This document shows positions 1-10,031 of a stretch of DNA of 25,148 bases, piece by piece. How positions within the stretch are numbered: position 1 is the first letter of the stretch; every line of letters starts with the position of its first letter. The stretch spans positions 788,297 to 813,444 of the forward strand of contig JAWQFM010000010.1 in assembly GCA_033442325.1 (NCBI GenBank). The letters run 5' to 3'. A program made the position numbers and the translations under genes. The notes under the pieces were generated by a model that worked only from the letters and a program-made list of their open reading frames with translations, ran no database searches and had not been told where the DNA came from. Origin of the DNA: Salpingoeca rosetta (Eukaryota; Protista; Choanoflagellata).

Positions 1-346
1 GTGTGCATGCTCGCCATGCTGGCAAATGCCATGCCTGCGTGCCATGCAGTGTTGTGAAGTGTTGTCTGTTGTGTATGCTTGCCTGCAAGCATTCATGCCA
101 TGCTTAGCATTGCTCTGCGCGCATGTATGCATGCTGCTCATTGTTTAAATTGTTTGTGTTGGTGCACTCTCTGCCCATGTCGCCTTGGCAGCTCTATTGA
201 CTGTGTGTGCACTTGTCTAGTGTTTGTTTGAGCGTGCTGCCCGAGTTGATTTGGCAGCAGCTTGTTGTGCTTGTTCATTCTCCTTGTGTTCTTGTTTGTT
301 GCGTTTGCCTACAGTAAACACACACACCACCTGTCGTGTTTCTACA
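1..346 (+). repeat. 5' LTR (3' part only)
   Basis: Aligns by hand to 4889-5234 with about 15 substitutions and 2 single-base indels. Ends ...TTTCTACA directly before the PBS. Confidence 0.92.
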
Positions 347-361
347 GATTATGAGACCCAG
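347..361 (+). promoter_or_regulatory. Primer-binding site (half-tRNA-Met type)
   Basis: GATTATGAGACCCAG abuts the LTR-terminal CA. It has the same position and form as the GGTTATGGGCCCAG internal tRNA-Met PBS of Drosophila copia. Confidence 0.8.
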
Positions 362-469
362 CCACTCCTGATCATCATCGCCACTTGTCTCACACTCGCT
401 TGTGCTTCTTCTCTCCCTTCTGCTTGTTCCCCTCTCTTGTTTCTCCATCACCTTTCTTGAGCGTGCAGT

Positions 470-3400
470 ATGTCTGACCCGTCGGACCACGTCGTTTCCA
501 CGCCAGGATTCAAGATGGACCTGCCCAAGTTCTCTGGCTCGCCCGGCACCTTTCATGCGTGGAGCATTCGCATGAAGATGGCGCTCAAGCTCCGCGGCGA
601 CGACGTCTGGGCAGCTGTGGAGGCAGGAGCATCGTCATCAGGAGGTCCAAGCTCAGCGACACGCTCAAGTGCAAGGAGACCGACAGCAGGAGATCACGCC
701 AACCTCACCGCTGCAAACCTCATCGCGTCCACGCTCTCAGGCTACCCCCTTCTCCTCTTCACCAACGGAGAAGCAGACGTCAACGCCGGCCAAGGATGGG
801 CCTGGCTCAAGGACCACTACGCTTCGCAGGANNNNNNNNNNNNNNNNNNNNNNNNNNNNNNNNNNNNNNNNNNNNNNNNNNNNNNNNNNNNNNNNNNNNN
901 NNNNNNNNNNNNNNNNNNNNNNNNNNNNNNNNNNNNNNNNNNNNNNNNNNNNNNNNNNNNNNNNNNNNNNNNNNNNNNNNNNNNNNNNNNNNNNNNNNNN
1001 NNNNNCCCGCTCACGCTTCCCTACTTTGCCAGTGGCCGCTTCCCCTCCCTCCTCGAGCTCAGCATCAGGCTGCAGCAGCTGGAGCAGCAGATGCGTGGTT
1101 CACGCACACAGCCGCAGGCAGGCGGCCTCATGGCAAGCGCACCGCCACGCAGAGGCGGAAGGCGCGGCTTCTCCAACAACAGCAACAACCACGGACGCCA
1201 GGGACGCAACAATGGCAACAGCAACGGCAACAGCAACGGCAAGGGGCGCCGCTTCCGTGGCAACTGTCACTACTGTGGCAAGTATGGACACCGTGCAGCA
1301 GAGTGTCGCAAGAAGCAACGCGACAACGGAGCAACAGGCTTCACTGCACAGACACAGCATCAACATGGTCAAGACGCAGCAACCTTCGTCGCTGCCACAG
1401 CTACTACACCCACGCAGCTGCATGACCCACTCACGTGGCTTGCAGACACGGGTGCTTCACACCACCTCACCTTCGTCAAGGACGCCTTCGTGGAGCTGAC
1501 ACCGCACCTGCAACAGCACCATCCACGCCATATCACTGCGTTTGGCGGCACACGTGTGCCCGTGCGCGGTGTTGGCTCTGTGCTGTTGCATGCACGCACG
1601 ACGAGCGGAGCCACGATGCAGATTGTGCTACAGGAGTGCCTCTACGTGCCCGAGGGCCAGGCCAACCTCATCGCCCTCGGTCGTCTGACCAGGGACAGCA
1701 GCGGCAGGCCAACGGGCCACTCGCAGCGTGATGGCGCTGATGGGCACTACGTGCGCTTCAGCCACGGAGCCGAGGTCAAGCTGAAGGAGCGCAGCAGCCT
1801 CCGATGCTGGCCCATTGTTGCTGTTGGTCCATCCACGGCACACGGTCTCACCGCCGATGCCTGCAAGCAACCACAGCAACCCGCAGCAGCTCCTGCAGCC
1901 CAGAGCAAGGTGCAGACACCATCGATGCATGAGGTGCTTGGCCACCGCAACGACAACGACGTGCAGCAGTACTGCAAGCTGATGGGCATCGACGATCGCA
2001 ACGCCATCAGCAGCAAGCAGTGCGCAACGTGTGCAGTGACCAAGAGCACTCGTCACAGCGTCAGCAAGCACGCGGAGCGCACACAGGTGCCCGGCGAGCG
2101 CATCCACGCCGACATCGTCGACTGGACCGCGGACTCACCCACGGGCAAGCGCTACAGCCTCGTCATCGTCGATGAGGGCAGCAAGCTCCTGCATGCAGTC
2201 CATCTCAACGCCAAGAAGGACGCAGTTGCCGCGTTCCAGTCTTTCCTGCGCGAGACCAAGCTCCCCATCTCGCCCACAACAACAGCACTCCAGACGGATT
2301 CCGATGCCATCTTCCTCGGAGCTGACTTCCAGGCCATCGTCAAGAAGCACCTGAAGCAGCACCAGCAGTCCCCGCCGTACACCCAGGCGCAGAACGGCAT
2401 CGTCGAGCGACAGGTGCGCACCCTCTCCGACATGGTGCGAGCCATGATCACGGGTGCAGGCCTTGACGCATCGTACTGGAGCCTCGCCTGCAACCACGCC
2501 CTCCACATCCTCAACAACATGCCTCGCCCTTCCCTCCACGGCAAGACACCGCTGCAGATTGTCACGGGCTCGCTGCCCAAGCACGTGCCGCAGCTGCACA
2601 TCTTCGGGCAGCCGGCCGTCGTCCACATCAGCACACAGCGCGGACGCCTGCAGCCCAAGGGTCGTCGAGGCATCTACGTCGGCCACAACAGCAGCAGCAA
2701 CAGCCACCTCGTCTACTTCGCAGACACAAACACCGTTGTGTCCTCCATCCACGTCCGCTTCCTTCCCTTCTCCAAGGCCGATGTCATGGATGAGGGGGAG
2801 GAGCAAGTGCAGACATCCACGACATCGTCCATGCTCCAGCTTCCCAGTGCACGTGACAGCAGCAACAGCACCACTGACGGTGAGCCACCAACGGTTCACA
2901 TCGACGAGGACCAGGACGACGATGTCGAGACAGACTTTCTGCTCACGGACTTCGACAACGACAGCAGCAGCGACAACAACGACGCCAACTACGACCCCGA
3001 CACAACAGATGCAAGCGACACCGAGGCAGGCGCGTTCACAGCAAGCAGCAGTGACGACACCAGCCTCACGGAGCCTGCAAGCATCAAGCAGGCACTTAAG
3101 AGCCAGCAACGCAAGCAGTGGACTCAGGCGTGCTTGGAGGAGATCGGAGCCATGGAGCGCAACGGCGTCATCAAGCTCATCCCACGCAGCGCCGTGCCAC
3201 GGCAGCACACGCCTCTCAAGTCACGCTTCGTCTTCAAGGTGAAGCGTGATGCGGAAGGCACGCCGACGCGCTTCAAGGCACGCTGGGTCGCCAAGGGCTT
3301 CAGCCAGCGACCGGGCATCGACTTCGACCAGACCTACGCCCCAACACCAGCAGCCAAGACCATCCTCACTGTACTCGCCGTCTCCCTGCAACGACAGCAC

Positions 3401-4693
3401 CAGCTGCACCAGCTTGACTTCAAGTCGGCTTACCTGCAGGCTGATCTCAAGGAGGAGCTGTACATGGAGCTGCCGCCGCACTTCACCGACATCGGCGACG
3501 GCGCTCAACGCTACGCGGGCAAGGTGTGCCGGCTGCTCAAGCCGCTCTACGGTCTCAAGCAAGCTGGCCGTGCATGGGCCAAGAAGCTGCACACCTTCCT
3601 CAAGACCAACGGATGGGCGCAGAGCAACGTCGACGCTTGCCTCTTCACCAAGCTCCACGACGACGGACAGCGCACATGGATCATCACGTACGTCGACGAC
3701 CTCATCATCAGCGGCAGCAGCGAGCGCCACATCCGTGCCTGCAAGCAGCAGATCAAGGAGAGCTTCGAGGCAGAGGACCTGGGCCCGCTCACCTGGTACC
3801 TGGGCCTTCACCTGACGTCACCAGCTGACGGGGTGTTGCACATTGCGCAGACACAGGCCATCAACGACATCGTCAACGACTACAACCTGGCAGCGGCAGC
3901 CAGCGTGTCCACGCCCATGCGCGTTGGCATCGACGCCTCCAGCATCAGCGAGCAGCCCGACCGACGCCTGCCTTTCCGCAACCTCGTGGGCTCGCTCCTG
4001 TACCTGGCCAACCGCACGAGACCAGACGTCAGCTTCGCGTGCGGACTGCTCTGCCGTTACATGGACCGTTACACGACGGTCCACTGGCAGGCAGCCAAGC
4101 ACGTCGTGCGGTACCTGAAGGCGACGAGCGAGCACGGCCTCCTCTTCAAGCGACGCAGCGGCACGCGCAAGGACCAGCCGCTGGACCTTGTGTGCTACAG
4201 CGATGCCAGCTTCGGCACCGACCAGCTGACGGGCCGCTCCACGACGGGCTTCACCTGCTACATCAACGGCTGTCTTGTGTCTTGGAGCAGCCGGCTGCAA
4301 CCCACGGGTGCGCTGAGCACCGCTGAGGCCGAGTACATGGCCATCTCCGCAGCAGCGCAGGACGTCGTCTTCCTGCGGCAGCTGCTCATGGACCTCGACG
4401 AGCCCGAGGCTGGAGCCACCAAGATGCTGACAGATAACCAGGCGGCCATCGCCATCGGCAACGACCACGTCACCAAGCCGCGCACGAAGCACATCCGGGT
4501 ACGCCACCACTTCGTGCGGGAGCTCATCGCCGACGGAACCATTGTGCTGCAGCACTGTCCCGGCACGCAGATGGTTGCCGACGCGCTGACCAAGGCACTG
4601 GACAAGCAGACCTTCGAGCAGCACCTGCCACGACTGGTGGGAACCTCGACGGCTGAGACGGAGCAGAGGAAGGCAGTTGAGGGGGAGTGTTGA
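470..4693 (+). CDS. Copia gag-pol polyprotein (Gag, zinc knuckle, aspartic protease, integrase, reverse transcriptase, RNase H)
   Basis: Gag N-terminus LPKFSG...FHAWSIRMK; CCHC knuckle CHYCGKYGHRAAEC; protease WLADTGASHH; integrase HHCC (HEVLGH...CATC) and D,D,E (IHADI, LQTDSD, QNGIVER); RT KARWVAKGFSQ, LYGLKQAGRAW, YVDDL; RNase H YSDASF, AEYMA, TDNQAAI, ADALTK. No stops outside the N gap. The stop TGA (4691-4693) lies inside the 3' LTR. Confidence 0.96.
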   Translation: MSDPSDHVVSTPGFKMDLPKFSGSPGTFHAWSIRMKMALKLRGDDVWAAVEAGASSSGGPSSATRSSARRPTAGDHANLTAANLIASTLSGYPLLLFTNGEADVNAGQGWAWLKDHYASQXXXXXXXXXXXXXXXXXXXXXXXXXXXXXXXXXXXXXXXXXXXXXXXXXXXXXXXXXXXPLTLPYFASGRFPSLLELSIRLQQLEQQMRGSRTQPQAGGLMASAPPRRGGRRGFSNNSNNHGRQGRNNGNSNGNSNGKGRRFRGNCHYCGKYGHRAAECRKKQRDNGATGFTAQTQHQHGQDAATFVAATATTPTQLHDPLTWLADTGASHHLTFVKDAFVELTPHLQQHHPRHITAFGGTRVPVRGVGSVLLHARTTSGATMQIVLQECLYVPEGQANLIALGRLTRDSSGRPTGHSQRDGADGHYVRFSHGAEVKLKERSSLRCWPIVAVGPSTAHGLTADACKQPQQPAAAPAAQSKVQTPSMHEVLGHRNDNDVQQYCKLMGIDDRNAISSKQCATCAVTKSTRHSVSKHAERTQVPGERIHADIVDWTADSPTGKRYSLVIVDEGSKLLHAVHLNAKKDAVAAFQSFLRETKLPISPTTTALQTDSDAIFLGADFQAIVKKHLKQHQQSPPYTQAQNGIVERQVRTLSDMVRAMITGAGLDASYWSLACNHALHILNNMPRPSLHGKTPLQIVTGSLPKHVPQLHIFGQPAVVHISTQRGRLQPKGRRGIYVGHNSSSNSHLVYFADTNTVVSSIHVRFLPFSKADVMDEGEEQVQTSTTSSMLQLPSARDSSNSTTDGEPPTVHIDEDQDDDVETDFLLTDFDNDSSSDNNDANYDPDTTDASDTEAGAFTASSSDDTSLTEPASIKQALKSQQRKQWTQACLEEIGAMERNGVIKLIPRSAVPRQHTPLKSRFVFKVKRDAEGTPTRFKARWVAKGFSQRPGIDFDQTYAPTPAAKTILTVLAVSLQRQHQLHQLDFKSAYLQADLKEELYMELPPHFTDIGDGAQRYAGKVCRLLKPLYGLKQAGRAWAKKLHTFLKTNGWAQSNVDACLFTKLHDDGQRTWIITYVDDLIISGSSERHIRACKQQIKESFEAEDLGPLTWYLGLHLTSPADGVLHIAQTQAINDIVNDYNLAAAASVSTPMRVGIDASSISEQPDRRLPFRNLVGSLLYLANRTRPDVSFACGLLCRYMDRYTTVHWQAAKHVVRYLKATSEHGLLFKRRSGTRKDQPLDLVCYSDASFGTDQLTGRSTTGFTCYINGCLVSWSSRLQPTGALSTAEAEYMAISAAAQDVVFLRQLLMDLDEPEAGATKMLTDNQAAIAIGNDHVTKPRTKHIRVRHHFVRELIADGTIVLQHCPGTQMVADALTKALDKQTFEQHLPRLVGTSTAETEQRKAVEGEC
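832..1005. other. Assembly gap (174 N) inside gag
   Basis: Run of n characters. The flanks are in the same frame given the stated gap length. Confidence 1.
4679..4687 (+). promoter_or_regulatory. Polypurine tract
   Basis: GAGGGGGAG immediately before the LTR start TGTTGA. Confidence 0.88.
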
Positions 4694-5234
4694 GAGTGAG
4701 TGAGTTTCTGTTTTGTGTTGAGTCCTTCCTAATTTGCCTTCTCATGTGGTTTTGTCTTGTTTGCCAACAACACCTGCTTTGTGGTTTTTTCCGTTGGCAA
4801 ACATCCCTTCCTCTCTGCTGGCATGCATGTGTGCCAACTGCCTCTCCTCTCCTGCTTCCCCTACACACGTGAGTTGTGTGCCATGTGTGTGTGCATGCTC
4901 GCCATGCTTGGCAAATGCCATGTGTGCGTGCCATGCAGTGTTGTGAAGTGTTGTCTGTTGTGTATGCTTGCCTGCAAGCATTCATGCCATGCCTAGCATT
5001 GCTCTGCGCGCATGTATGCATGCTGGTCGTTGTTTAGATTGTTTGTGTTCGTGCACTCTCTGCCCATGTCGGCTTGGCAGCTCTGTTGACTGTGTGTGCA
5101 CTTGTCTTGTATTCGTTTGAGCGTGCTGCCCGAGTTGATTTGGCAGCAGCTTGTTGTGCTTGTTCATTCTCCTTGTGTTCTTGTTTGTTGCGTTTGCCTA
5201 CAGTAAACACACACACACCTGCCGTGTATCAACA
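4688..5234 (+). repeat. 3' LTR, complete (547 bp)
   Basis: Starts TGTTGA after the PPT and ends TCAACA (6-bp terminal inverted repeat). Its distal 346 bp match 1-346. Confidence 0.93.
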
Positions 5235-5365
5235 TGCTGCCCGAGTTGATTTGACAGCTAGCCTGTTGTGCTTGTTCATTCTCGTTGCGTACTTGTTTGT
5301 TGCGTTTGCCTATCACACACACATGCACGCGCACGCACACAAACATCCCTTGCTCAATCTCAACA
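5235..5365 (+). mobile_element. 3' fragment of a second, related LTR
   Basis: 5235-5312 matches 5124-5200 (5 substitutions and 1 indel by hand). It then has a different tail ending TCTCAACA, the exact reverse complement of the LTR start TGTTGAGA. Confidence 0.75.
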
Positions 5366-5369
5366 GTGT

Positions 5370-5844
5370 TTATTTCGTGGAAAAAGTGCCCACCCCAAGG
5401 ATGCGTGTGGCTGCACGACAGTCGAGTGCGCCCTTGGCCACACAATTTTCCACAGCCATGTCTTTGAGGAACTTGTCGAGGTCGCCGCGTGCATCAAACC
5501 TGAAGTATTCCTGAATGAAGGTCAAGGGCACAGATGGACGATATCTGGTCTCGCCAGGCAGCGCATGTGTGGGTGCAGTGCAGAAAGCGCGTGTGAGGAG
5601 GAGAGGGAGAGAGGAGGACAAGCACAGAAGCGTCAAGAGCACACGCATGGGAAAACTGCAGGGCAGAGGAACTCACGCTTTGGCAAACGCTGCAAGCGCT
5701 CGTTTCCGGACGCGGACCATGAGCATGTCCATGAGGTAGGGCGCCATGCCGGGTGCGGTCTTTACACAAGAGGCGATAGGATCATCGGGTGGCGTAAATG
5801 AAGCGATGAGTATGGATGTCAGGTGTCTCTTCTCAAACACATTC

Positions 5845-5922
<78 letters not shown>

Positions 5923-6862
5923 GTTGGTTGGATGGGCATGGGATCGTACATCATACAGCTTGAAGAACTTGGCGTAATTGCTGCAAGAGTACGCCTTGAG
6001 GACACTGAGGGCGTGTCGAATGTTGGGGAGGTGGCGTTCATCCTCAGTGAGCTCAGCCAGTAGCGCACCAAGGTCTCGATCGCTCTGCTTGTACATGTAC
6101 TCAAGCAAGCGGTACGCAAGAAACTCTTCCCTTGAACCCTGTTGCAAGCACATGCGCATGATTGCTACGTGAGCAGAAAAACCGCACCGGCGCGTGTCTG
6201 CGGATACGCGCAAACAAGGTTGTCCTGTGTGTATCTGTATGTGTGTATGTGTGTATAGGTAGGTGTATGTGTGTATGTATGTGATGACATGTGTAGTTCG
6301 TGCTGACCTCGATGCCTTCTTTGTAGAGACGATTCAACTGGGACTGACACTGATTGAACTCCTCGTGGTCATCCTGTGGAATGAATGTGGCACGATACAG
6401 CCATGATAGGTGAGCAAGCAAGCATGAAAACCAGCCACGCATTTTCTAGATGAAAGTGTTGCACGTGCAGAGATGGTACGAACGTATTCCAAAGCGATGC
6501 GCGCGTGCGTCTCATACACTTGAACTGTGAACTTGTTGCGGATATGCTGAACCTGATGTATGAACGTGAGAGATGAGAGAGAATTAGGTTATGGGTACAA
6601 CAGAGACACCAACATTACCAACACAGAGCGGCAGCGACACCGTGTGCTTCTAAGCAAGCCACACACAAGCACGCACACACCGTGAGGTCCTGGCGAATGG
6701 CCTTGAGTTGGCTCCAAATCCACTTGTAGCCAACACCACCACGTTTGAATTTTCTGAGCGCACCAGAGCATCACGCCCCTGCATTAGCCATTGCCCTAAT
6801 GCAAGCGACACACGCACACGCACACGCACACGCACGCACACGCACACACACACACGCACACG

Positions 6863-6920
<58 letters not shown>

Positions 6921-7823
6921 TACGCTCTTCTCCAATACCCAAACGTACTGCTTGACGTGCTTGAAAGCCTCCCTGAGGACGGGTTCTGGCCTAACTGTGG
7001 ATGGATCCACCTCATCCTTGATACGAAAGTATTCTTTCTCAAGATCCATGCACGTGCCCACCACAAGCTCTGCCTTGCGTCTGGCCCGTGCTTGGTATTG
7101 CTCCTTGAGCCAGCTCGATCTCTGCATCGCATGAAGAACAAAAACACGAGGACGGCGACGAAGGTGACCAATGTCGAGTCATGTGAATTTGTTGTTGTTG
7201 TTGTTGTTGTTGTTGTTGCATAAGTGGGTGAAGGAGAGCATGCATGGGCACGTGCACACGTCAGCGGGTGGGAGCTATAGCAGAAAAATGCATGACAGTT
7301 GCCACATCAGACCTGCTGCTTGCGCTGCTTTGCGGTCCGTTTATGCTTCGCGGGAGATGCGGACTGGCCTTTCTTCTTCTTCGACTTGAGTCTGGGCGGA
7401 GTCGTGGGCACGAGAGAGAGAGAGAGAGAAAGAAGGGAGGGGGGAAGGCGTGAGGCTGGGAAAGCGCGAGATGCCGTGAAGAGTGTTGAAGCGTGGCACA
7501 TGCACACGACTAGCATGCACACTGCGCGGCTACCGTGGCCGAACATGACACACAAATATGCCATTGACATGACCCAGAGGGCTCAACAAGAGCAATTAGG
7601 TTTGAAACAAAGAGAGCATGACGTACTCGGGGATGGGCATGCTTGTCCAGTCGACGGTTGCGCCCGATGCTTTTGCTTGCTCATACTTGGACTTGAGGAT
7701 GCTCTTCATCTCCATGCGCTCCTTCTTGTTGGCACAGCTGCCGTAGCATTTCAAGCAGTACTGTTTGAATGCTTCAGACACACCGCCACCGCCACTGCTG
7801 CCACCGCTCTGCATGTGTGTGTG

Positions 7824-7892
<69 letters not shown>

Positions 7893-10031
7893 GTGCAACA
7901 TGCGGTGATTGGGCCGGCAGCATACACGGGAAAGCACAGACAGCCGTTGTGTATGTTAAGCAAAGGGATGGACTGAAAATCAGCAGGGGGGGGGAGAGGA
8001 GGGTTCGGACGCACAGGTGCGGGTGCGCACACGTGGGCAGGTACACGCACCTTTGCTTTCTTTGATGGGAGGGCGCCAGTGTCCGCGGTGATAAAGGCGC
8101 CTGATGACACCGTTGTCCCCTGCAAAGCAAGAAGAGACAACAACAGCCGTGAGCACAGGGTGAAGGGAAGTGGAGAGGGGCTGCGCACTTGCAGAACATC
8201 ATCCTCTGTTGCAGAGGATGGAGAGAGCATTGCAATGTGTGCATGAAAGCGTTGGGTCGACGTACGTGTTTGGCAAACGGGGTGGAAGGTTGGGTTTTTC
8301 TGGCTGGGGTCGTGAGGGAGAAGCGCACGCCCGCTGCCGAGTCTTTCGCTGCAGAATCGGCGTGTATGTGATGGATGTGGGAGCGAGAGCAAGAGGGCGT
8401 GTGTGTGTGCGTGTGCGTGCGTGTGAGTATGTGAGAGAGTGTGTGTGTGTGGCGCACGAATGATGACGGCGTTGTGCACAAGCAGACCTGCTGGTGCCGT
8501 TGATGTGCCTGCCGATGACATCTTCACATCCAGGAGGGTGGGGCCTGTCTTTCCGGTGGACCATGCCCAGGCCTAGAAGTGGCATTTGCCGCATGTTCCA
8601 CACAAGAGACGATTGGTATTGTGTCGCACGTGAGGAAAAGTATTTCAGTGGCGCGAATAAGGAGGTCAGCAAAAGTAGAACAAACAGCAGCAGACACAGA
8701 CACAGACACACAGATACAGTCGCGCACATAGACAGACACAGACACAGACAAACAGACAGACAGACAGACACACACACACAACACACACACACACACACGC
8801 ACAGAGACACAGACAGACACACACACACACACACAGACACACACAGACACACGTGGGTCTGTACGTTTGCATTGGTAGAGGATGAGGATGAGCGTGCAGC
8901 TGATGTATTCTGCGACGCTACGGCTGCCCAAGATGATGGCTGAGCTGATGAGGTGGATGGGGATTGTGGCGCCTGCTGCTGTTGCTGCTGGTGCGGCGGG
9001 GTGTGTGGTGGATATGTTGGTGGGTACGGGGGCTGCTGGGATGGGTACATGGAGGTAAACGAGCCTGGAGGGCCTGTGGCCATTGGTGAGGTGGGCGTGT
9101 GTGATGGCGGGGGCGGATAGTAGGACCCGTACCATCCGTGTCCGGCTGTGACTGACGATCCAGGCGGAGGAGCGGGAGGTGGCGGGTAAGCACCATATGT
9201 GCTGCCAGGATAGCCTTGCGCGTAGGGCTGCTGCGCTGAGTACTGCTGGTACGGGTGCTGCTGTTGCTCTGCAGGCTGAGCTCTGCACGCACGTGAACAT
9301 GCCATCATGCAAAGGGCAGAGCGTGTGTGTGAGTGCGATTAGGATGGCCAGAGCATGAGTGGGTGGTGTTCATGCATGTGTGCTGCATGAGGGGAGGTGG
9401 CATGGATGAATGTGTGTGCACGTTTGAAGGGACGTGTGATTGGATGGCTGCCGCCAAGGAACACGTGTTCAAGGAGCCCGGCGAAAAGAGCACACTCAAA
9501 CAAGAAGCACGCAGCTCAGTTCTTGTGCATTGGCACGTACGATGATGAGTTGCTTGTTGAAGTCTTGCTTGTCCCTGACTTTGTTGCTGGCGCTGGGCTG
9601 CCAACGCTTGTGTTCATTGCAATGGCGCTCAATGCGGACTGCGCCTGCGCCCACGCCTGCTCCTATGCATGGCAATGAGAGTATGAGTGAGTGAGTGAGT
9701 GCGTATGCGTGCGCATGTACGTGTGTGTATGTAAGCGAGTGCGTTTGTAAGTGCGCGAATGTACGTGTGTGTATGTAAGCGAGTGAGTGAGTGAGTGTGA
9801 GCGTTTGATCGAGTATGCGTTCGTGCGCGTTCCCATGATTCCCAAGCCATGCCGTGCGCGTGCCACGTTGTTCATCATTGGGAGTACCTTAGCATTTGCG
9901 GTGGTGGGCGCTGCAGTTGCCGTCGGTGCTGTCCGTTCTGGACTGACCTGCCAGCCGCCAGTCGTGGACTGCACCCACGACGACGAGGACGCTGCCTGGC
10001 CGTGCTGATGGTGGTGGTGATGGTGAGCCAT
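5370..10031 (-). CDS. LENG8: LENG8/THP3-like SAC3/GANP-domain protein, 15 exons, ~669 aa
   Basis: Hand-spliced GT-AG exons, all in frame: 10031-9888, 9662-9541, 9282-8865, 8572-8488, 8348-8266, 8119-8051, 7808-7627, 7391-7313, 7121-6949, 6753-6681, 6552-6484, 6373-6308, 6138-5950, 5759-5677, 5544-5370. Motifs: [15 protein letters not shown]...[82 protein letters not shown]8-like N-terminal [11 protein letters not shown] and VDWTSMPIP are also present. The low-complexity 5' exons are less certain. Confidence 0.9.
5847..5920. repeat. (TG)n microsatellite, LENG8-like intron
   Basis: Pure TG run seen directly. Confidence 0.97.
6807..6916. repeat. (CACACG)n/(CA)n compound microsatellite, intronic
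   Basis: Seen directly. Confidence 0.95.

Larger units (their letters stand above)
1..5234 (+). mobile_element. Ty1/copia (Pseudoviridae) LTR retrotransposon, 5' LTR truncated by the window edge
   Basis: Direct repeats 1-346 and 4889-5234 flank a single gag-pol ORF with domain order PR-IN-RT-RH. A PBS follows the 5' LTR and a PPT precedes the 3' LTR. Confidence 0.96.

Noticed and set aside
559-4624. Long alternative-frame and antisense ORFs inside the copia ORF (for example 2135-3208 -, 3818-4624 -)
   Set aside because: Shadow ORFs expected from GC-rich, C-ending codon bias. No recognisable motifs.
224-5514. Similar ORFs at 224-460 and 5074-5514 (FERAARVDLAAACC…)
   Set aside because: They are the same LTR sequence read in two copies, with no coding evidence.
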